From Pachysolen tannophilus NRRL Y-2460 (taxonomy: Eukaryota): a DNA stretch of 64,000 bases. Under the pieces are notes generated by a model. It searched no databases and was not told where the DNA came from. It saw only the letters and a program-made list of their open reading frames with translations. The DNA is taken from positions 574,954-638,953 of the forward strand of contig KV454014.1 in NCBI GenBank assembly GCA_001661245.1. Direction: 5' to 3'. A program made the translations under genes and the position numbers. Below, in pieces: positions 36,509-49,407 of this stretch (position 1 is its first letter; each line of letters opens with the position of its first letter).

Positions 36509-36546
<38 letters not shown>

Positions 36547-36936
36547 TTTACACTTAAATCTGTTTCATATATAGATTTACTAACTAATTTTCAGCCTATC
36601 ACAGTACACGAATTGGAAGCGTTCATACAATCATCAGTTTCTTCTAGTACAATAAATGATGATGAAGATGACAATTCAATTGAAGTTGAAACTTTTGTCA
36701 AGACGGAAATAATTGAGAAATTATTGAACAAGTTATCACTGAAATCGTCAAAGCATAAATTTTTAATCAATTATAATTTAATATTTGAAAAAAATGAAAA
36801 TGAAAACAAGATTAATCTTAAAAACATTGTTGGCAATTTATGGGATAGTGAAAGAGATGGCTACATTACGTTAACTCATGGAATTGGATCCAAAATAAGT
36901 TGTATTTTGAATTTAAATTGGATTTACATTGGTTAA
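36448..36936 (+). CDS. TDA2: Tctex-1-type dynein light chain-like protein; exons 36448-36495 and 36595-36936
   Basis: HKFLIN...GNLWDSERDGY...LNWI matches the Tctex pattern; adjacent to VTC1 as in S. cerevisiae. Confidence 0.75.
36496..36594 (+). other. Spliceosomal intron of TDA2-like gene (99 nt, contains (TA)n)
   Basis: GTGAGT donor, TACTAAC at 36578-36584, CAG acceptor. Confidence 0.85.
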
Positions 36937-37024
36937 TTTTTTTTTTTGCTTTTTCATCCATCTATCTATGCATATTCGAAAATGACTATAATGAAACTGA
37001 TTGTAATTTTTTTTTTTTTGGTTT

Positions 37025-37060
<36 letters not shown>

Positions 37061-37376
37061 NNNNNNNNNNNNNNNNNNNNNNNNNNNNNNNNNNNNNNNN
37101 NNNNNNNNNNNNNNNNNNNNNNNNNNNNNNNNNNNNNNNNNNNNNNNNNNNNNNNNNNNNNNNNNNNNNNNNNNNNNNNNNNNNNNNNNNNNNNNNNNNN
37201 NNNNNNNNNNNNNNNNNNNNNNNNNNNNNNNNNNNNNNNNNNNNNNNNNNNNNNNNNNNNNNNNNNNNNNNNNNNNNNNNNNNNNNNNNNNNNNNNNNNN
37301 NNNNNNNNNNNNNNNNNNNNNNNNNNNNNNNNNNNNNNNNNNNNNNNNNNNNNNNNNNNNNNNNNNNNNNNNNNNN
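37061..37376. other. Assembly gap (N run)
   Basis: Run of N flanked by poly-A/poly-T. Confidence 1.
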
Positions 37377-37396
37377 TTTTAATTTTTTTTTTTTTT

Positions 37397-37432
<36 letters not shown>

Positions 37433-37585
37433 GTATATCGTATAGACAGAGTCCAACTCAATAATAAATATCTACCATTTCAAAAAATAAGAAAATAATG
37501 AAAAAAATGAAAGAAAAAACTTAAAGCTAAAGGGAAAAGAGAGCAAAAAAATCAACTTCTAACATATTATTATTAATTAATGACA

Positions 37586-37954
37586 TCAAGCACGAACTCT
37601 TAGGATAAAATTAATGACCACAGCAACCAACAAAAAGAAAGACAACATTGTAGGACCAAACCGATCATCGTAAGGACCCGAACCTCTTCTTCTTATAGCG
37701 TTTGCTCTCCAATGATATGTAATTAAAGCATAAATCATAGTAGCCATTGCAATTAATGTGAACATTCCAGCAGAAACCCTACCAATATTATCTCCAAAAT
37801 TCAACAACCCAATTCCTAATGATCCCAATATAACTGTGAAATTCAACCATGATAAAAAAGTTCTTTCATTAGCGAAAAAAACTTTTGGTTCCACTCTAGT
37901 AGGTAACGCTATTCTCTTACCTGGAGCTGTTTGTAATAACGGAGCTGATGACAT
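37586..37954 (-). CDS. VTC1: Vacuolar transporter chaperone subunit 1
   Basis: MSSAPLLQ...[24 protein letters not shown]...GPYDDRFGP. Confidence 0.97.
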   Translation of the reverse strand: MSSAPLLQTAPGKRIALPTRVEPKVFFANERTFLSWLNFTVILGSLGIGLLNFGDNIGRVSAGMFTLIAMATMIYALITYHWRANAIRRRGSGPYDDRFGPTMLSFFLLVAVVINFILRVRA

Positions 37955-38232
37955 TTCTAATGTGATCTTTTAAACAAAACAAAAAAAAGAAAATAAAGAT
38001 AAAATAGAGCTCACAATTCACAAAAATCTCTTGTTTCTTTAGAATCTTATGAAAATGATCTAGAGTTTAGATTCAAACAAAATCAATAAAGAGATTATTT
38101 TTGAAAATAAATTATCTGATTAACTTATTGAGATTCTACCTTTAAGCTTTACTTTCCTATTTCTTGAATTTTTCCTACTATTTTTCAATGTATATATAAT
38201 TAAGCGTAATAGGAAACGATAACTGATGCACG

Positions 38233-38238
38233 CACGTG
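38233..38238. promoter_or_regulatory. Pho4-type E-box upstream of VTC1
   Basis: GCACGTGC about 280 bp upstream of VTC1, which is a PHO-regulon gene in yeasts. Confidence 0.6.
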
Positions 38239-39154
38239 CCTTTTTTTGAAAAAATATTTTTTAAAATATTAAATTTTTTTTTTTTTCTTTCTTTGTTTCG
38301 ATTTTCTCCTGGCGTTCACAAATACGATCTTCTCCTGGAAGGAATTCGGAGAAAAGCGCGCTAATGAATTTATAAAGAAAGAAATATTCTACAAAATTTA
38401 TACAATTTTTTTAAAAAAAATTTAAAGGTAAAGAAAGGTATTTTGAACTAATAATCAGAACAACTTAAAATAATAAAAGTAGAAAAAAATTAAATTTACT
38501 AAAGTAGTTAGTTACAGTGTCTATTTCTGTTATCATATATCATGTATATTTTTTCACGTCTTTTTATCAAATAATTTTAACCGAGCTGTACTGGGATAAG
38601 TTTCTTTACAGCGAGCGAGAAAAAATAATATATATAATGCCGGCGCATAATTCCGAGGTTGATCATATCGAGGCTGTTTATATCTCGAGACTATTTCTCT
38701 ATAATAATAATTAAACTGCTGATTATTGTATTAAAAAAAAAAAAAAATTAAATGATTCAAGTATAGTAGTGCAAATAATGACAACAAAGAGAGTAAAGTA
38801 GATCGATCAATCTGTTTGTGACTGCGGTTTTCCAGAAACGGAATGCAGGATGTAATATACGCCTTTTAGTAACATTTGACTACTATAGTGTACATACCTA
38901 TATGTACGCTGTGTTTTTTTCAATTTTTTTTTTCCTTTTTTTGGCCCAATTTTTGTTTACAAGTGCGCGCGAAAAATTTCAATTGAATTTTGTTTGGGGT
39001 TTTTTTGATTGGAATTTACACTACTGAAATGTTTTTCAATTTTTCAAAATTTTCTTTCCAATCTCTACAATTTTAATATTATAAGTTATAAATTTTTTAA
39101 TAATTTTTGATATTTTTGAATTTATAACCATCACATAATAGTAAATTATCGAAA

Positions 39155-39953
39155 ATGGTATGTTTGAGTTTGATCATGATTGGAAACAGTTGTTTTAATT
39201 TATTGGAGATTGCCACGGTTGTATTTGAAGAATATTGTTTAAAAGAGATGTTATAGTATTAGCTAAGTAATATAGCTTTAAGTTATATTTGAAAAAAAAA
39301 AAAAAATTTTTTTTTTCTTCACAAAGTTATTAATCATTTACTAGATAGAGGTTTCTTGTTACTGGAAATACTATCAATCAATCTAAACATCTTTTAAAAA
39401 TGGTAAGGATGCTCCGTGGTTCTTCTTGAATATAAATGATGACTGGGTCTTGTTAATTATATTAAAAAAAAAAAATTTTTTTTCTTTTCACTTAGATCAT
39501 AATACTAACTTGCTTTTTACAAATTTTTTTTTATTTTTTTATTTTCAGAGTGACGCTGTAACAATCAGAACTAGAAAGGTTATTTCAAACCCATTATTGG
39601 CCAGACGTCAATTTGTTATTGATGTTTTACATCCAAACCGTGCTAATGTCTCAAAAGACGAATTACGTGAAAAATTAGCTGAAATTTACAAGGCTGAAAA
39701 AGATGCCATTTCTGTTTTCGGTTTCAGAACCCAATATGGTGGTGGTAAATCAACCGGTTTTGGTTTAATCTATAACTCTGCTGCAGATGCTAAGAAATTT
39801 GAACCAGCATACAGATTGGTTAGATATGGTTTAGCTGAAAAAGTTGAAAAAGCTTCAAGACAACAAAGAAAACAAAAGAAGAACAGAGATAAGAAGATCT
39901 TTGGTACTCACAAGCGTGCTCAAAAACGTGTTGCTAGAAGAAACGCTGATTAG
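39155..39953 (+). CDS. RPS24: 40S ribosomal protein eS24; exons 39155-39157 and 39549-39953
   Basis: ATG|intron|[23 protein letters not shown]...[15 protein letters not shown]. Confidence 0.98.
39158..39548 (+). other. Spliceosomal intron of RPS24 (391 nt)
   Basis: GTATGT directly after the ATG, TACTAAC at 39503-39509, CAG acceptor. Confidence 0.95.
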
Positions 39954-40345
39954 ATTTGTTAATATACGATTAATTATAAAATTAAAATAATAAAAAAAAA
40001 TTGATTTTTTAAACCAGTTTTTATTTTTTTTTTTGCTTTTTTCCGTAATACTTTCAGCACATCTTAAAAAAGAAAATGGGGTTTATATTTATTTTTCTTT
40101 TTTTTTTTTCTAACATAATTATTAAAAAAAAAAAAATAGAAAATAAAAAGATGTATTTTTAAAAGATAAAATTGTAGATAGAACTATAAAAAAGCATATA
40201 TAAATATATATCTATCTGTATTATTCTCTTTTAACTATAAAGAGATTAACAGGTCTGAAACAAGAACAAAAAAAAGACGAAAAACAAAAACAAAAACAAA
40301 AAAAAACAAAAAAAAAGCACTATACCTTCAATTAAAAAGTCCATT

Positions 40346-41576
40346 TTATTTCTTTGCTTCTAAGCGTGTAACTTCAGTTTCTAATTTTTTAAATTTCTTC
40401 TCCAATTCTGCTAAATCTTTATTTAATTTATCTCTTTCATTTTGAATATTCTTACTCCATTGTTTGAATCTATCTTCTTCATTTTTAACTTGTTCAGCAA
40501 AATATTGTTTTAATGCTCTTTCTTCTTCCAAGAACTTTGGATTTGTAGTTCTTCTTTCTAATTTATCTTCACTATTACCATTTGATCCAGAAGAGCCTCC
40601 TTTTTCTAATTTAATACTTCTATAAGTTTCATAATGTAATTCTTCTGTTGATAATATCAAATCTAACATATTTGTTCTTAATAGCAAACTTCTCAATTTT
40701 CTAAAATCGCAATGTTGATCATTTTCAACTTCAGCAATACCCCATGGATATTTTCTACCTTTGATGAAGTTATTTGGAGAAATTTCAATATCTTCCAAAG
40801 ATCCAATAACAGCAAATGGCATCGATTCGATCAATTGTTTAGCATGTTCACTTGCTGCAGGATCATCAAGTTCAATAGGTGGAGAATATATCCTAATATC
40901 TTGGGCTTCAATAATAGATCTAATTCTATTTTTAAATTCCAACATTTCATTTGGAGATAAAGTATCAGCTTTTGCAATAACAGGAACCAAATTAACTCTT
41001 GTACTCAACCTCTTCATGATTTCAACATCCAATGGTTTCAAAGAATGTCCTGTAGGTCTAATAAAATATAAGCAACAATGGACACGCAAATCATGTTTAT
41101 TGATTCTTAATGGTTGTTGTTCTTGTCTCATATATAAATCGTGTTGATCATCAATAAAATCAACAATTGGTTGCCATGAATTCCTATTATTGGCATTATC
41201 ACCAAATCCAGGGGTATCTATAACGTTTAACCTTAATTTAAAATTTTTTTCTTCTAATTCTGCTCTTGAAATTTCAATTTCAACAGTTTTATGAATACTT
41301 TCTTTATGTCTTAAACTATGATCTCTTTGTTGCTTTAAAGTTGTTTGAAACAAAGTATTAATAAACGTTGTTTTACCCAAACCAGATTCACCAGCAAGCA
41401 TAATTGTGAAAGTGGCTCCTTGCTCAGATACAATTTTGTACCTATCAAAACAAATAAAAAAAAAAGAAAAATTAGTTAGTAAATATTGATTTTGTTTCAT
41501 ATATATATATATTGAAAAAATTGAAAAATACATACCTTTGGTTAGGCAAGTTTGCAATACCAACTGGTTCAACCAT
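40346..41576 (-). CDS. CDC12: Septin Cdc12; exons 41576-41536 and 41441-40346
   Basis: Spliced MVEPVGIANLPNQRYKIV; GESGLGKTTFINTLF, DTPGFGD, AKAD; C-terminal coiled coil. Confidence 0.95.
41442..41535 (-). other. Spliceosomal intron of CDC12 (94 nt)
   Basis: GTATGT donor, TACTAAC (41481-41475), TAG acceptor. Confidence 0.93.
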
Positions 41577-41671
41577 TCCAATTAGTTCAATCTGCTGTAA
41601 AAACCGAATTTGTTAAAATAATATTTGTATAAAAATTTGAATTATGAAAATTATTGATAATATTATATGTA

Positions 41672-41677
41672 ACGCGT
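41672..41677. promoter_or_regulatory. MCB element upstream of CDC12
   Basis: ACGCGT about 100 bp upstream of the ATG. Confidence 0.45.
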
Positions 41678-42108
41678 CAACAAGGTTTTTGAAATAGTAC
41701 AGGAGGGGGTGGCCCAATATAAAAATCTCAACAATGCTAAATAAAACCTTTAAAAACCTATACTTTCAATACTCGTATCAATGGATCTTCTAAAATTACA
41801 ATAAACCAGAAGCCAATATGAAAAACTTAGCAATATATATATATACTTTTATATATATATATATATATATTAATATATTTATATACTTTTATTCAATTCA
41901 AATAGGTGAAGGCTTAATTATGAATTCTGAAAATGTTTGGCTGGTCAATATTTCGAGAAATGGTGTTATTAATATTTTTGTGCACGACCCCGTTTTATTT
42001 TCTATTTTCAATACTTTTCATGGTTAAAAGAAGTTGTTGTTGAATTAGATGGAATGAATGGTAATTGATTTGATAGTCAAGAAAAGGAGAAATATTTAGT
42101 TGATTATA

Positions 42109-43218
42109 ATGGCTGATTCTTCTAATTCTGAGTTTGTTAAGGATATTTTGACACCTTTTACGAAATCTTTATTGGCCGATCCGGTTACGTTGACTCCAGA
42201 AGATTTGTCTCAAGCGGTTAGGTATATAATTGAAGGACAAGCTTCAGATATTCAAGTGCTGTCATTTTTAACTGCATTAAGGGTAAGAGGATTAGATCAT
42301 CAGGCCCTGTATATTGCAGCAGCAGCGAGAACTGTGTTGGAATATAGTCATACGGTTGATCCTTTGAAAGTTTGTAGTCGAGGTTATGTTGATATAGTTG
42401 GTACTGGTGGAGATGGTCAAAATACATTTAATGTTAGTACTTCATCAGCTATAGTGGCTGCTGGGATGGGGCTAGATATATGTAAGCATGGCGGTAAGGC
42501 TTCTACTTCGGCTTCTGGTGCTGGGGACTTGATGAAATATCTTGGAGTTGATTTATTTAAAGTGAATAATTTAACAACCCCAAAAATTGTATTAAATTCC
42601 AAATTTTGTTTTTTATTTGCACCTAGTTTCCACCCTGGAATGGCAAAAGTTGCCAAGATTAGATCAAATTTAGGAATCCCATCTATTTTCAATATATTAG
42701 GACCTCTATTAAACCCTGTACCTTTAAGAGCAAGAATTATAGGAGTATATACTGAATCATTAGGACAGGTGTTTGCAGAAGCTGTCTTAACCATGGATAA
42801 ACTGAACTCTGGGAATAGACCAATAGGTAGCACAATGATTGTCTGGGGTGAGTGTGGACTAGATGAGATTTCTCCATGTGGTTATACAAAAGTTTGGAAA
42901 GTTGAACCTCTTACAGGTATCATTACTCAATTTAGAATTTCACCTGCAGATTTTGGATTACAAGAACATGATTTGGAAAGTGTTAGAAGTGGTACCCCAC
43001 AAGAAAATGCTACATTGTTGAAAAAAATCTTAAATAATAAAGTCCAAATTGGTGATCCAATATATGATTATATCTTAATGAATGCTGGAGCTTTGGCAGT
43101 AGTCAGTGGATTGGCATCAACATGGAAAGAAGGTGTAAATCATGCTCAGACAGCAATACAAAACGGCAGCGCACTGCAAGCATTGGAAAAATTCATATCC
43201 TCGGTCAACAAGGTCTGA
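42109..43218 (+). CDS. TRP4: Anthranilate phosphoribosyltransferase
   Basis: DIVGTGGDGQNTFNVST, KHGGKASTSASGAGD, FNILGPLLNP, GLDEISP. Confidence 0.97.
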   Translation: MADSSNSEFVKDILTPFTKSLLADPVTLTPEDLSQAVRYIIEGQASDIQVLSFLTALRVRGLDHQALYIAAAARTVLEYSHTVDPLKVCSRGYVDIVGTGGDGQNTFNVSTSSAIVAAGMGLDICKHGGKASTSASGAGDLMKYLGVDLFKVNNLTTPKIVLNSKFCFLFAPSFHPGMAKVAKIRSNLGIPSIFNILGPLLNPVPLRARIIGVYTESLGQVFAEAVLTMDKLNSGNRPIGSTMIVWGECGLDEISPCGYTKVWKVEPLTGIITQFRISPADFGLQEHDLESVRSGTPQENATLLKKILNNKVQIGDPIYDYILMNAGALAVVSGLASTWKEGVNHAQTAIQNGSALQALEKFISSVNKV

Positions 43219-43245
43219 ACGTCTGAACATCTGAACATCTGAACA
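43214..43245. repeat. 8-bp tandem repeat (TCTGAACR)x4 overlapping the TRP4 stop codon
   Basis: tctgaacg tctgaaca tctgaaca tctgaaca. Confidence 0.85.
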
Positions 43246-43340
43246 GAGATGAATGATAACTCAAATTGATCAAAAAAAACAAACGGTAGTGTATAGAAGT
43301 ACCAACAAGATGTTGATTATTTTGTGGTTGTTTAAAAAAT

Positions 43341-43359
43341 GTAAACAAAAAAGTAAACA
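43341..43359 (+). promoter_or_regulatory. Two forkhead (Hcm1/Fkh-type) sites upstream of SPC110-like gene
   Basis: GTAAACA at 43341 and 43353. Confidence 0.55.
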
Positions 43360-43640
43360 AAAAAATATATATATATAAATAAAAATTAAGCGCGTATAGA
43401 TAGATAGATAGATCAACATAATAAGAAGAAGAGAAGAGATAGTTATTATTAATTTGATAAGTAAGGTCTAGCTAATATTGTGAATGGATATAAAGGCGCC
43501 TTTAATCATATGCTATATACAATACCTCGGAGATAAATAGCAGCGTTATTATAGAAAGAGAGAAATTATTAGTTTTGGTTTTGGTTTTTGGTTTTTTGGT
43601 TTTTTCTTTTTTTTTTTATTTTTTTTTTTAAATAGCTATA

Positions 43641-46600
43641 ATGTTTGGCCAAGGACGCTTGATAGGCACTCCAATAGATCCTAAAAAGGGACAACGACAC
43701 CATCAGTCATCGAGAATGGAGTTTACTCCGATAGGGCATTATGATGAAGGGGATGTAAATGGTCATTTCAATGTTGATAATGAAAATCATGATTCAAATT
43801 TTTTTGTGGGGTCACCGCTTTCCAATAGAAATAATAATGTTCGAAAAAAAAATTACAAGGTATCACCATTGGCTAATCATACTATTGATGGGTCGTCCTA
43901 TGAAAATATGACTCAAGAATTTGATACGATACTAGCAACGGATAATGATAATATCAAATCAAATAAAAATTTATCAAATTTTGATAAGATAAATTATTTA
44001 AATGAATTGGGTAATAATAATAATAATAGTAATAATAATGAAGATGATGATTCAGTTAATATCTTGAAAAATAGTTTCCTTAATAATGGTTCTAATCCTT
44101 TAAGACAACAACAAAATAATGTGAATAAGCTTCAAGAGGAAAATATTAATTTAAAAGTAAGGTTAACAACATTAACAAAATATTTAAACGCTGAACCTCA
44201 AGATAAGATAGATTTAATTAATAATAATATTGAATTAAAACAAAATTTGATTGAAATGAGTAATGAGATTGAAAATTTGAAAAATCATATTCAAAAATTG
44301 GAAGAAGAAGAAGAAGAAAATAATAAGGAAAATCGAATTTCTAGAAACATCACACCCAATAAATCATTTGTATCAAATCCAGCTACTATAAATCATAATG
44401 ATTCTATAATTCATCAAGAATTGAATGATAAGCTTGAAGATTTAAAATTTGAAAACAAGCAATTAAATGAAAATCTTGAAGAATTGTTAGAACAAATTGA
44501 AAATTTGAAAACTGAAAATAAAGATTTACATGAAATGGTTGAACAATTAGATGATTCTGTTCAAGGACATCGGGAAAACCAATCAAATAGAAATATGGAA
44601 AAATCTAGAGAAGTTGCAAAACTAGAAGAAACAATAAAAAATTTGAAATTCACTTTGGAAGATAACGATTATCATATAAGAGAACGTGAACAACAAATAA
44701 ATGACGTTAGAGAAATGATGAATTCATTACAAGATGAGCTAGCAGATAAAAATGGCACAATTGCAGAATTAAAACAAAAATTGAATAAAGTACATGACTA
44801 TTCTTTAGAAGATGTTAAACTTTTAAAAGATGAAGTAATTAGATTACAAAATCAAGAATTAAAGTTGATAAATGATAGAGAAGATTTATCACATGAATTA
44901 TCCAAAGTCAAAGGTCAATTAGAAAATACTAATGAACACTACGAGAAATCACAGAGGAAAGTAAATGACTTAATACGGCAGTTAAAGAAAACAAAGGAAG
45001 ATCTGAACATTGAAACGAATGAATATCTTCACAAATTAGAAGATGAACGAGTATCTTTGTATGATGAATTGCAAGAGGCTAATGATAAAATATACAAGTT
45101 AGAACGTCAATTGAATAGTGCTAACATGGATGTGGTTACTTTACGTAAAATTGAAAATTCCAATAAAGAGAGAATTTTGTTGTTGAGCAATGAAAATGAG
45201 AAGTTAAAGAAGAAGATGGACAAACTAGAAACTTCAAAAAGCAGTAACAATAACAAGAAAGATTCTATTTTTTATAAAGAAAGATTTGAACAGGAGAGAT
45301 CTGAACTATTATCTGAAATCAATCAATTGAAAGATGAAAACAGTGTCTTACAGAAAAAGATTGACAGTTTATCGTTTTCATCTTCATCATCATTACTAGG
45401 AAATAGTAACATGAAAAACACTAACATGAAAAATACTTCAAATGGCTCCAATGATTACCTTGAATCAGAAATAAGAAGGTTATCGAATGAAAATAGTGAA
45501 TTGCAAAAATTATTAAATTCAACAAAATCAGATTATCAAACCAAATTATCTAATTTAGAGTATAAGAACACTCAACTAGTTGATCAATTAAATGACAAGG
45601 AAAAGGATTTAAACGAGTTAGAATCTAAAATAAGAAATTTGAATAAAAGCAATACTTTGAAATTGTTAAATGAAGATGATGAGAAATTGGAACTAATTAG
45701 AGAGAAGAACCAAATTGAATCCAAATTGAAGTTATTAAATATTGAAAAAAGTACTTTGAAAGATGAATACGAATTAAAAATCTCAATTCTTAAGAAACAA
45801 TTGGACAATTATCAGAGTAATAGTAACCCAGCCACAACGTTGAATCAAATGCTAGAATTTGAATTAAACAATGCAATCAGATCAAAAGATGAGTTATTGG
45901 TAAAATTAGAGAAAAAATCACAAGAAAATGTAGAGCTTTATTATAAATATTCCAAATTGAAAAAAGATAATAAAGAATTAGAAGATATAATGTATGCACT
46001 TGAAGAGAATGAAGAAAAATTGAGAGTTGATAATAGAGGATTAGAAAATAGAATGTCGCTATTAGAAGATGAATTAAATAAGACTCGACAACATTGTACC
46101 AGACTTGCAAATAGATTAAAATCTGTATCATCTTCTTCTGATGATTCATCTTCAAAATCTTTATTAATTGAAAACTATAGATTAGAATTGGATAGGGCCA
46201 ATGATGAAATTGACAGATTGAATAGAAACTATAAGAAAATGAGAGATGATTTAATAGATAAATGTCGTGATTTACAAAAATCAAAAGGTAATTTGAAAGA
46301 CAAAGTACTTGAATTAAATGATCAATTATCTCAAGTTCGCTTAAAGGATTCTCAAATAAAGAATTCATATCCTTCACCTAAATCATCACCATCTAACAAC
46401 AATAGAAACAATGTTGGTAATAAAATGCATTTTAAGCTTAATATTGCAGAAGGAGAATCAATAGTTTTACGTACAAGAGTTCATGAACAACAAGCAACAA
46501 TAAAAGATCTACAATTTTATAATGGAATTTTGAATAAATCAATAAAAGAATATGAACTGTTGTTAAAACGTAATATTTATAAGATTCAACCAATTTTAGA

Positions 46601-46787
46601 AAATCAAAGTTCTTGTTTTAAAATTATTAATAATAATAAAAATAAGAAAATAACTTTTAAAGCTGTTGCGAAAATGGTCTTGGCAAGTATTAGATTAAAG
46701 AATAGATTACGGAAACAAACTTTGAAAACAATTAAATTAGACGATATCAAAAAAGAAATTAATAGAGGAAAGTTAGAATTATTATAA
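43641..46787 (+). CDS. SPC110: Spindle pole body gamma-tubulin receptor Spc110/Pcp1-like
   Basis: CM1-like PLRQQQNNVNKLQEENINLKVRL, long coiled coil, C-terminal CaM-binding/PACT-like TFKAVAKMVLASIRL; neighbour of TRP4. Confidence 0.8.
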   Translation: MFGQGRLIGTPIDPKKGQRHHQSSRMEFTPIGHYDEGDVNGHFNVDNENHDSNFFVGSPLSNRNNNVRKKNYKVSPLANHTIDGSSYENMTQEFDTILATDNDNIKSNKNLSNFDKINYLNELGNNNNNSNNNEDDDSVNILKNSFLNNGSNPLRQQQNNVNKLQEENINLKVRLTTLTKYLNAEPQDKIDLINNNIELKQNLIEMSNEIENLKNHIQKLEEEEEENNKENRISRNITPNKSFVSNPATINHNDSIIHQELNDKLEDLKFENKQLNENLEELLEQIENLKTENKDLHEMVEQLDDSVQGHRENQSNRNMEKSREVAKLEETIKNLKFTLEDNDYHIREREQQINDVREMMNSLQDELADKNGTIAELKQKLNKVHDYSLEDVKLLKDEVIRLQNQELKLINDREDLSHELSKVKGQLENTNEHYEKSQRKVNDLIRQLKKTKEDLNIETNEYLHKLEDERVSLYDELQEANDKIYKLERQLNSANMDVVTLRKIENSNKERILLLSNENEKLKKKMDKLETSKSSNNNKKDSIFYKERFEQERSELLSEINQLKDENSVLQKKIDSLSFSSSSSLLGNSNMKNTNMKNTSNGSNDYLESEIRRLSNENSELQKLLNSTKSDYQTKLSNLEYKNTQLVDQLNDKEKDLNELESKIRNLNKSNTLKLLNEDDEKLELIREKNQIESKLKLLNIEKSTLKDEYELKISILKKQLDNYQSNSNPATTLNQMLEFELNNAIRSKDELLVKLEKKSQENVELYYKYSKLKKDNKELEDIMYALEENEEKLRVDNRGLENRMSLLEDELNKTRQHCTRLANRLKSVSSSSDDSSSKSLLIENYRLELDRANDEIDRLNRNYKKMRDDLIDKCRDLQKSKGNLKDKVLELNDQLSQVRLKDSQIKNSYPSPKSSPSNNNRNNVGNKMHFKLNIAEGESIVLRTRVHEQQATIKDLQFYNGILNKSIKEYELLLKRNIYKIQPILENQSSCFKIINNNKNKKITFKAVAKMVLASIRLKNRLRKQTLKTIKLDDIKKEINRGKLELL

Positions 46788-47143
46788 ATAAAAAAAAATT
46801 AGGGTGTGTGTATGTATGTGTGTGAGTAATTTGCATTTTAAACAATAAAACAGACTGTATTGTATAGATTTTTTTTCCCCATATGTACATTAGAATTTAG
46901 CTTACTAATTTTTACAACTTTTTAACCAATATTTGAAAAAAAAAAATCAAAGAAATCTATCTCGTGATCTAAAAATTAACAATTAACAATTTTCCAATTT
47001 TCCGAATACAGGAGAAAATATTTCAATGAAACTTGAAATTGATATTAATATTGATCTTATTCTTAAGTGTAAGTTTTATTAATTTGTAACAATTTAGAAA
47101 AATCATGTAATAGATAAATAGATAACCTTTGTAGATAAAGACC

Positions 47144-47185
<42 letters not shown>

Positions 47186-47636
47186 AAAAAAAGGAATTAT
47201 ACAATCAAAGGAGTATCAATACTTCTCATTATCTCTTTAGTAACACATATTCAATTTTTTTTTTTTTTTAATATAGCTTGATCAGAAGTTTTAATTTGAA
47301 TTATTTATTAATATTTATTAAAAATTAGCACATTTACATAGAGAATATTAATATATATATATATGTATATGTATATATGCAGATTTAACTTAAAACTGTG
47401 GATTGCTAAATGAAATCACAAACCCACTTTAAAAATTTCAATACTTCAACATATGGACAAAAGATATATATATATATGTTTATTGAAGAAGAAGATAATA
47501 ATATAATATTATAAGAAAAAAAAAAAAGAATGATTAAAAAAAAATAAAAAGTAAAACAAGATATAATTAACCAAAGAAAAACACAAGCGCCAACAACAAC
47601 ACAAGATTAAATTTATTTTTTTTAATTAAGTAATAA

Positions 47637-48131
47637 NNNNNNNNNNNNNNNNNNNNNNNNNNNNNNNNNNNNNNNNNNNNNNNNNNNNNNNNNNNNNNNN
47701 NNNNNNNNNNNNNNNNNNNNNNNNNNNNNNNNNNNNNNNNNNNNNNNNNNNNNNNNNNNNNNNNNNNNNNNNNNNNNNNNNNNNNNNNNNNNNNNNNNNN
47801 NNNNNNNNNNNNNNNNNNNNNNNNNNNNNNNNNNNNNNNNNNNNNNNNNNNNNNNNNNNNNNNNNNNNNNNNNNNNNNNNNNNNNNNNNNNNNNNNNNNN
47901 NNNNNNNNNNNNNNNNNNNNNNNNNNNNNNNNNNNNNNNNNNNNNNNNNNNNNNNNNNNNNNNNNNNNNNNNNNNNNNNNNNNNNNNNNNNNNNNNNNNN
48001 NNNNNNNNNNNNNNNNNNNNNNNNNNNNNNNNNNNNNNNNNNNNNNNNNNNNNNNNNNNNNNNNNNNNNNNNNNNNNNNNNNNNNNNNNNNNNNNNNNNN
48101 NNNNNNNNNNNNNNNNNNNNNNNNNNNNNNN
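47637..48131. other. Assembly gap (N run)
   Basis: Run of N. Confidence 1.
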
Positions 48132-48219
48132 AAAAATTTTTTTAATTTTTTATTTGCTTCTTCTTCTTCTTATTCTTATTCTTCTTCTTATTATTCTTCC
48201 TCTAGTTAAATCGATTTAA

Positions 48220-48665
<446 letters not shown>

Positions 48666-48808
48666 TCAATAAAAATTATATATTATTATTATTTCCTATT
48701 GGCTAATAAACTCTTACCAAAGTTTACCCACTTTCTTCTTCCCGCTTTCCGATTAATAAAAATTGATAAATAAAAATAATAATATTCTATTTAATTAAAG
48801 TTATTTAA

Positions 48809-48856
<48 letters not shown>

Positions 48857-49407
48857 TTGATAAAACCCTAACCTATTAAGCCTTTTGATTTTTTTTTTTG
48901 GCTTTTTTTATTTAGCAAAGAAAATTTTTTGGTAACAGCTAACAACTAATTGACACGTAAAACGCCCGCTTTCTTTTCTTTCTTTTCTTTTCTTTTTGGC
49001 TTTGACTTTGACTTTGGTTTTAAGAAAGTTATGGAACCATTGACAGATCAGACAGTTGGCAGATCCGGGTGTTTTTGCCTTTTTTGCCTTTTTGTTTTTT
49101 ATTTATAAGTACGGAAAATGTCAGGGTAACTGGGGTTGTCCTAGAAGATTCTTTGAATTAAGGTGGACAGACAGTTGAATTGAGTTAAATTGGGTTGTTA
49201 AAAGAGATTTCCTTAGGCGGTGGGTCCCGCCCTCTCCTCTCCCCTTCCCTTGCTTCCCCTTGAGGGAAAAGAATTCTTCAGCTGTTCAATTGAAGCTAGA
49301 TCAGTTAGTTAGATATAGATCAACTATTCTATTAATTAAGAACCTACAAACTAATTTTTTTCTTTTTTTTGATTATTGTTATTGTTATTTTTAACATAAC
49401 AGCGGCT

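Noticed and set aside
49211..49270. GC-rich pyrimidine patch in the UBC4/HUB1 divergent promoter
   Set aside because: No recognisable RNA gene or consensus site (no PACE element); likely ordinary promoter sequence.
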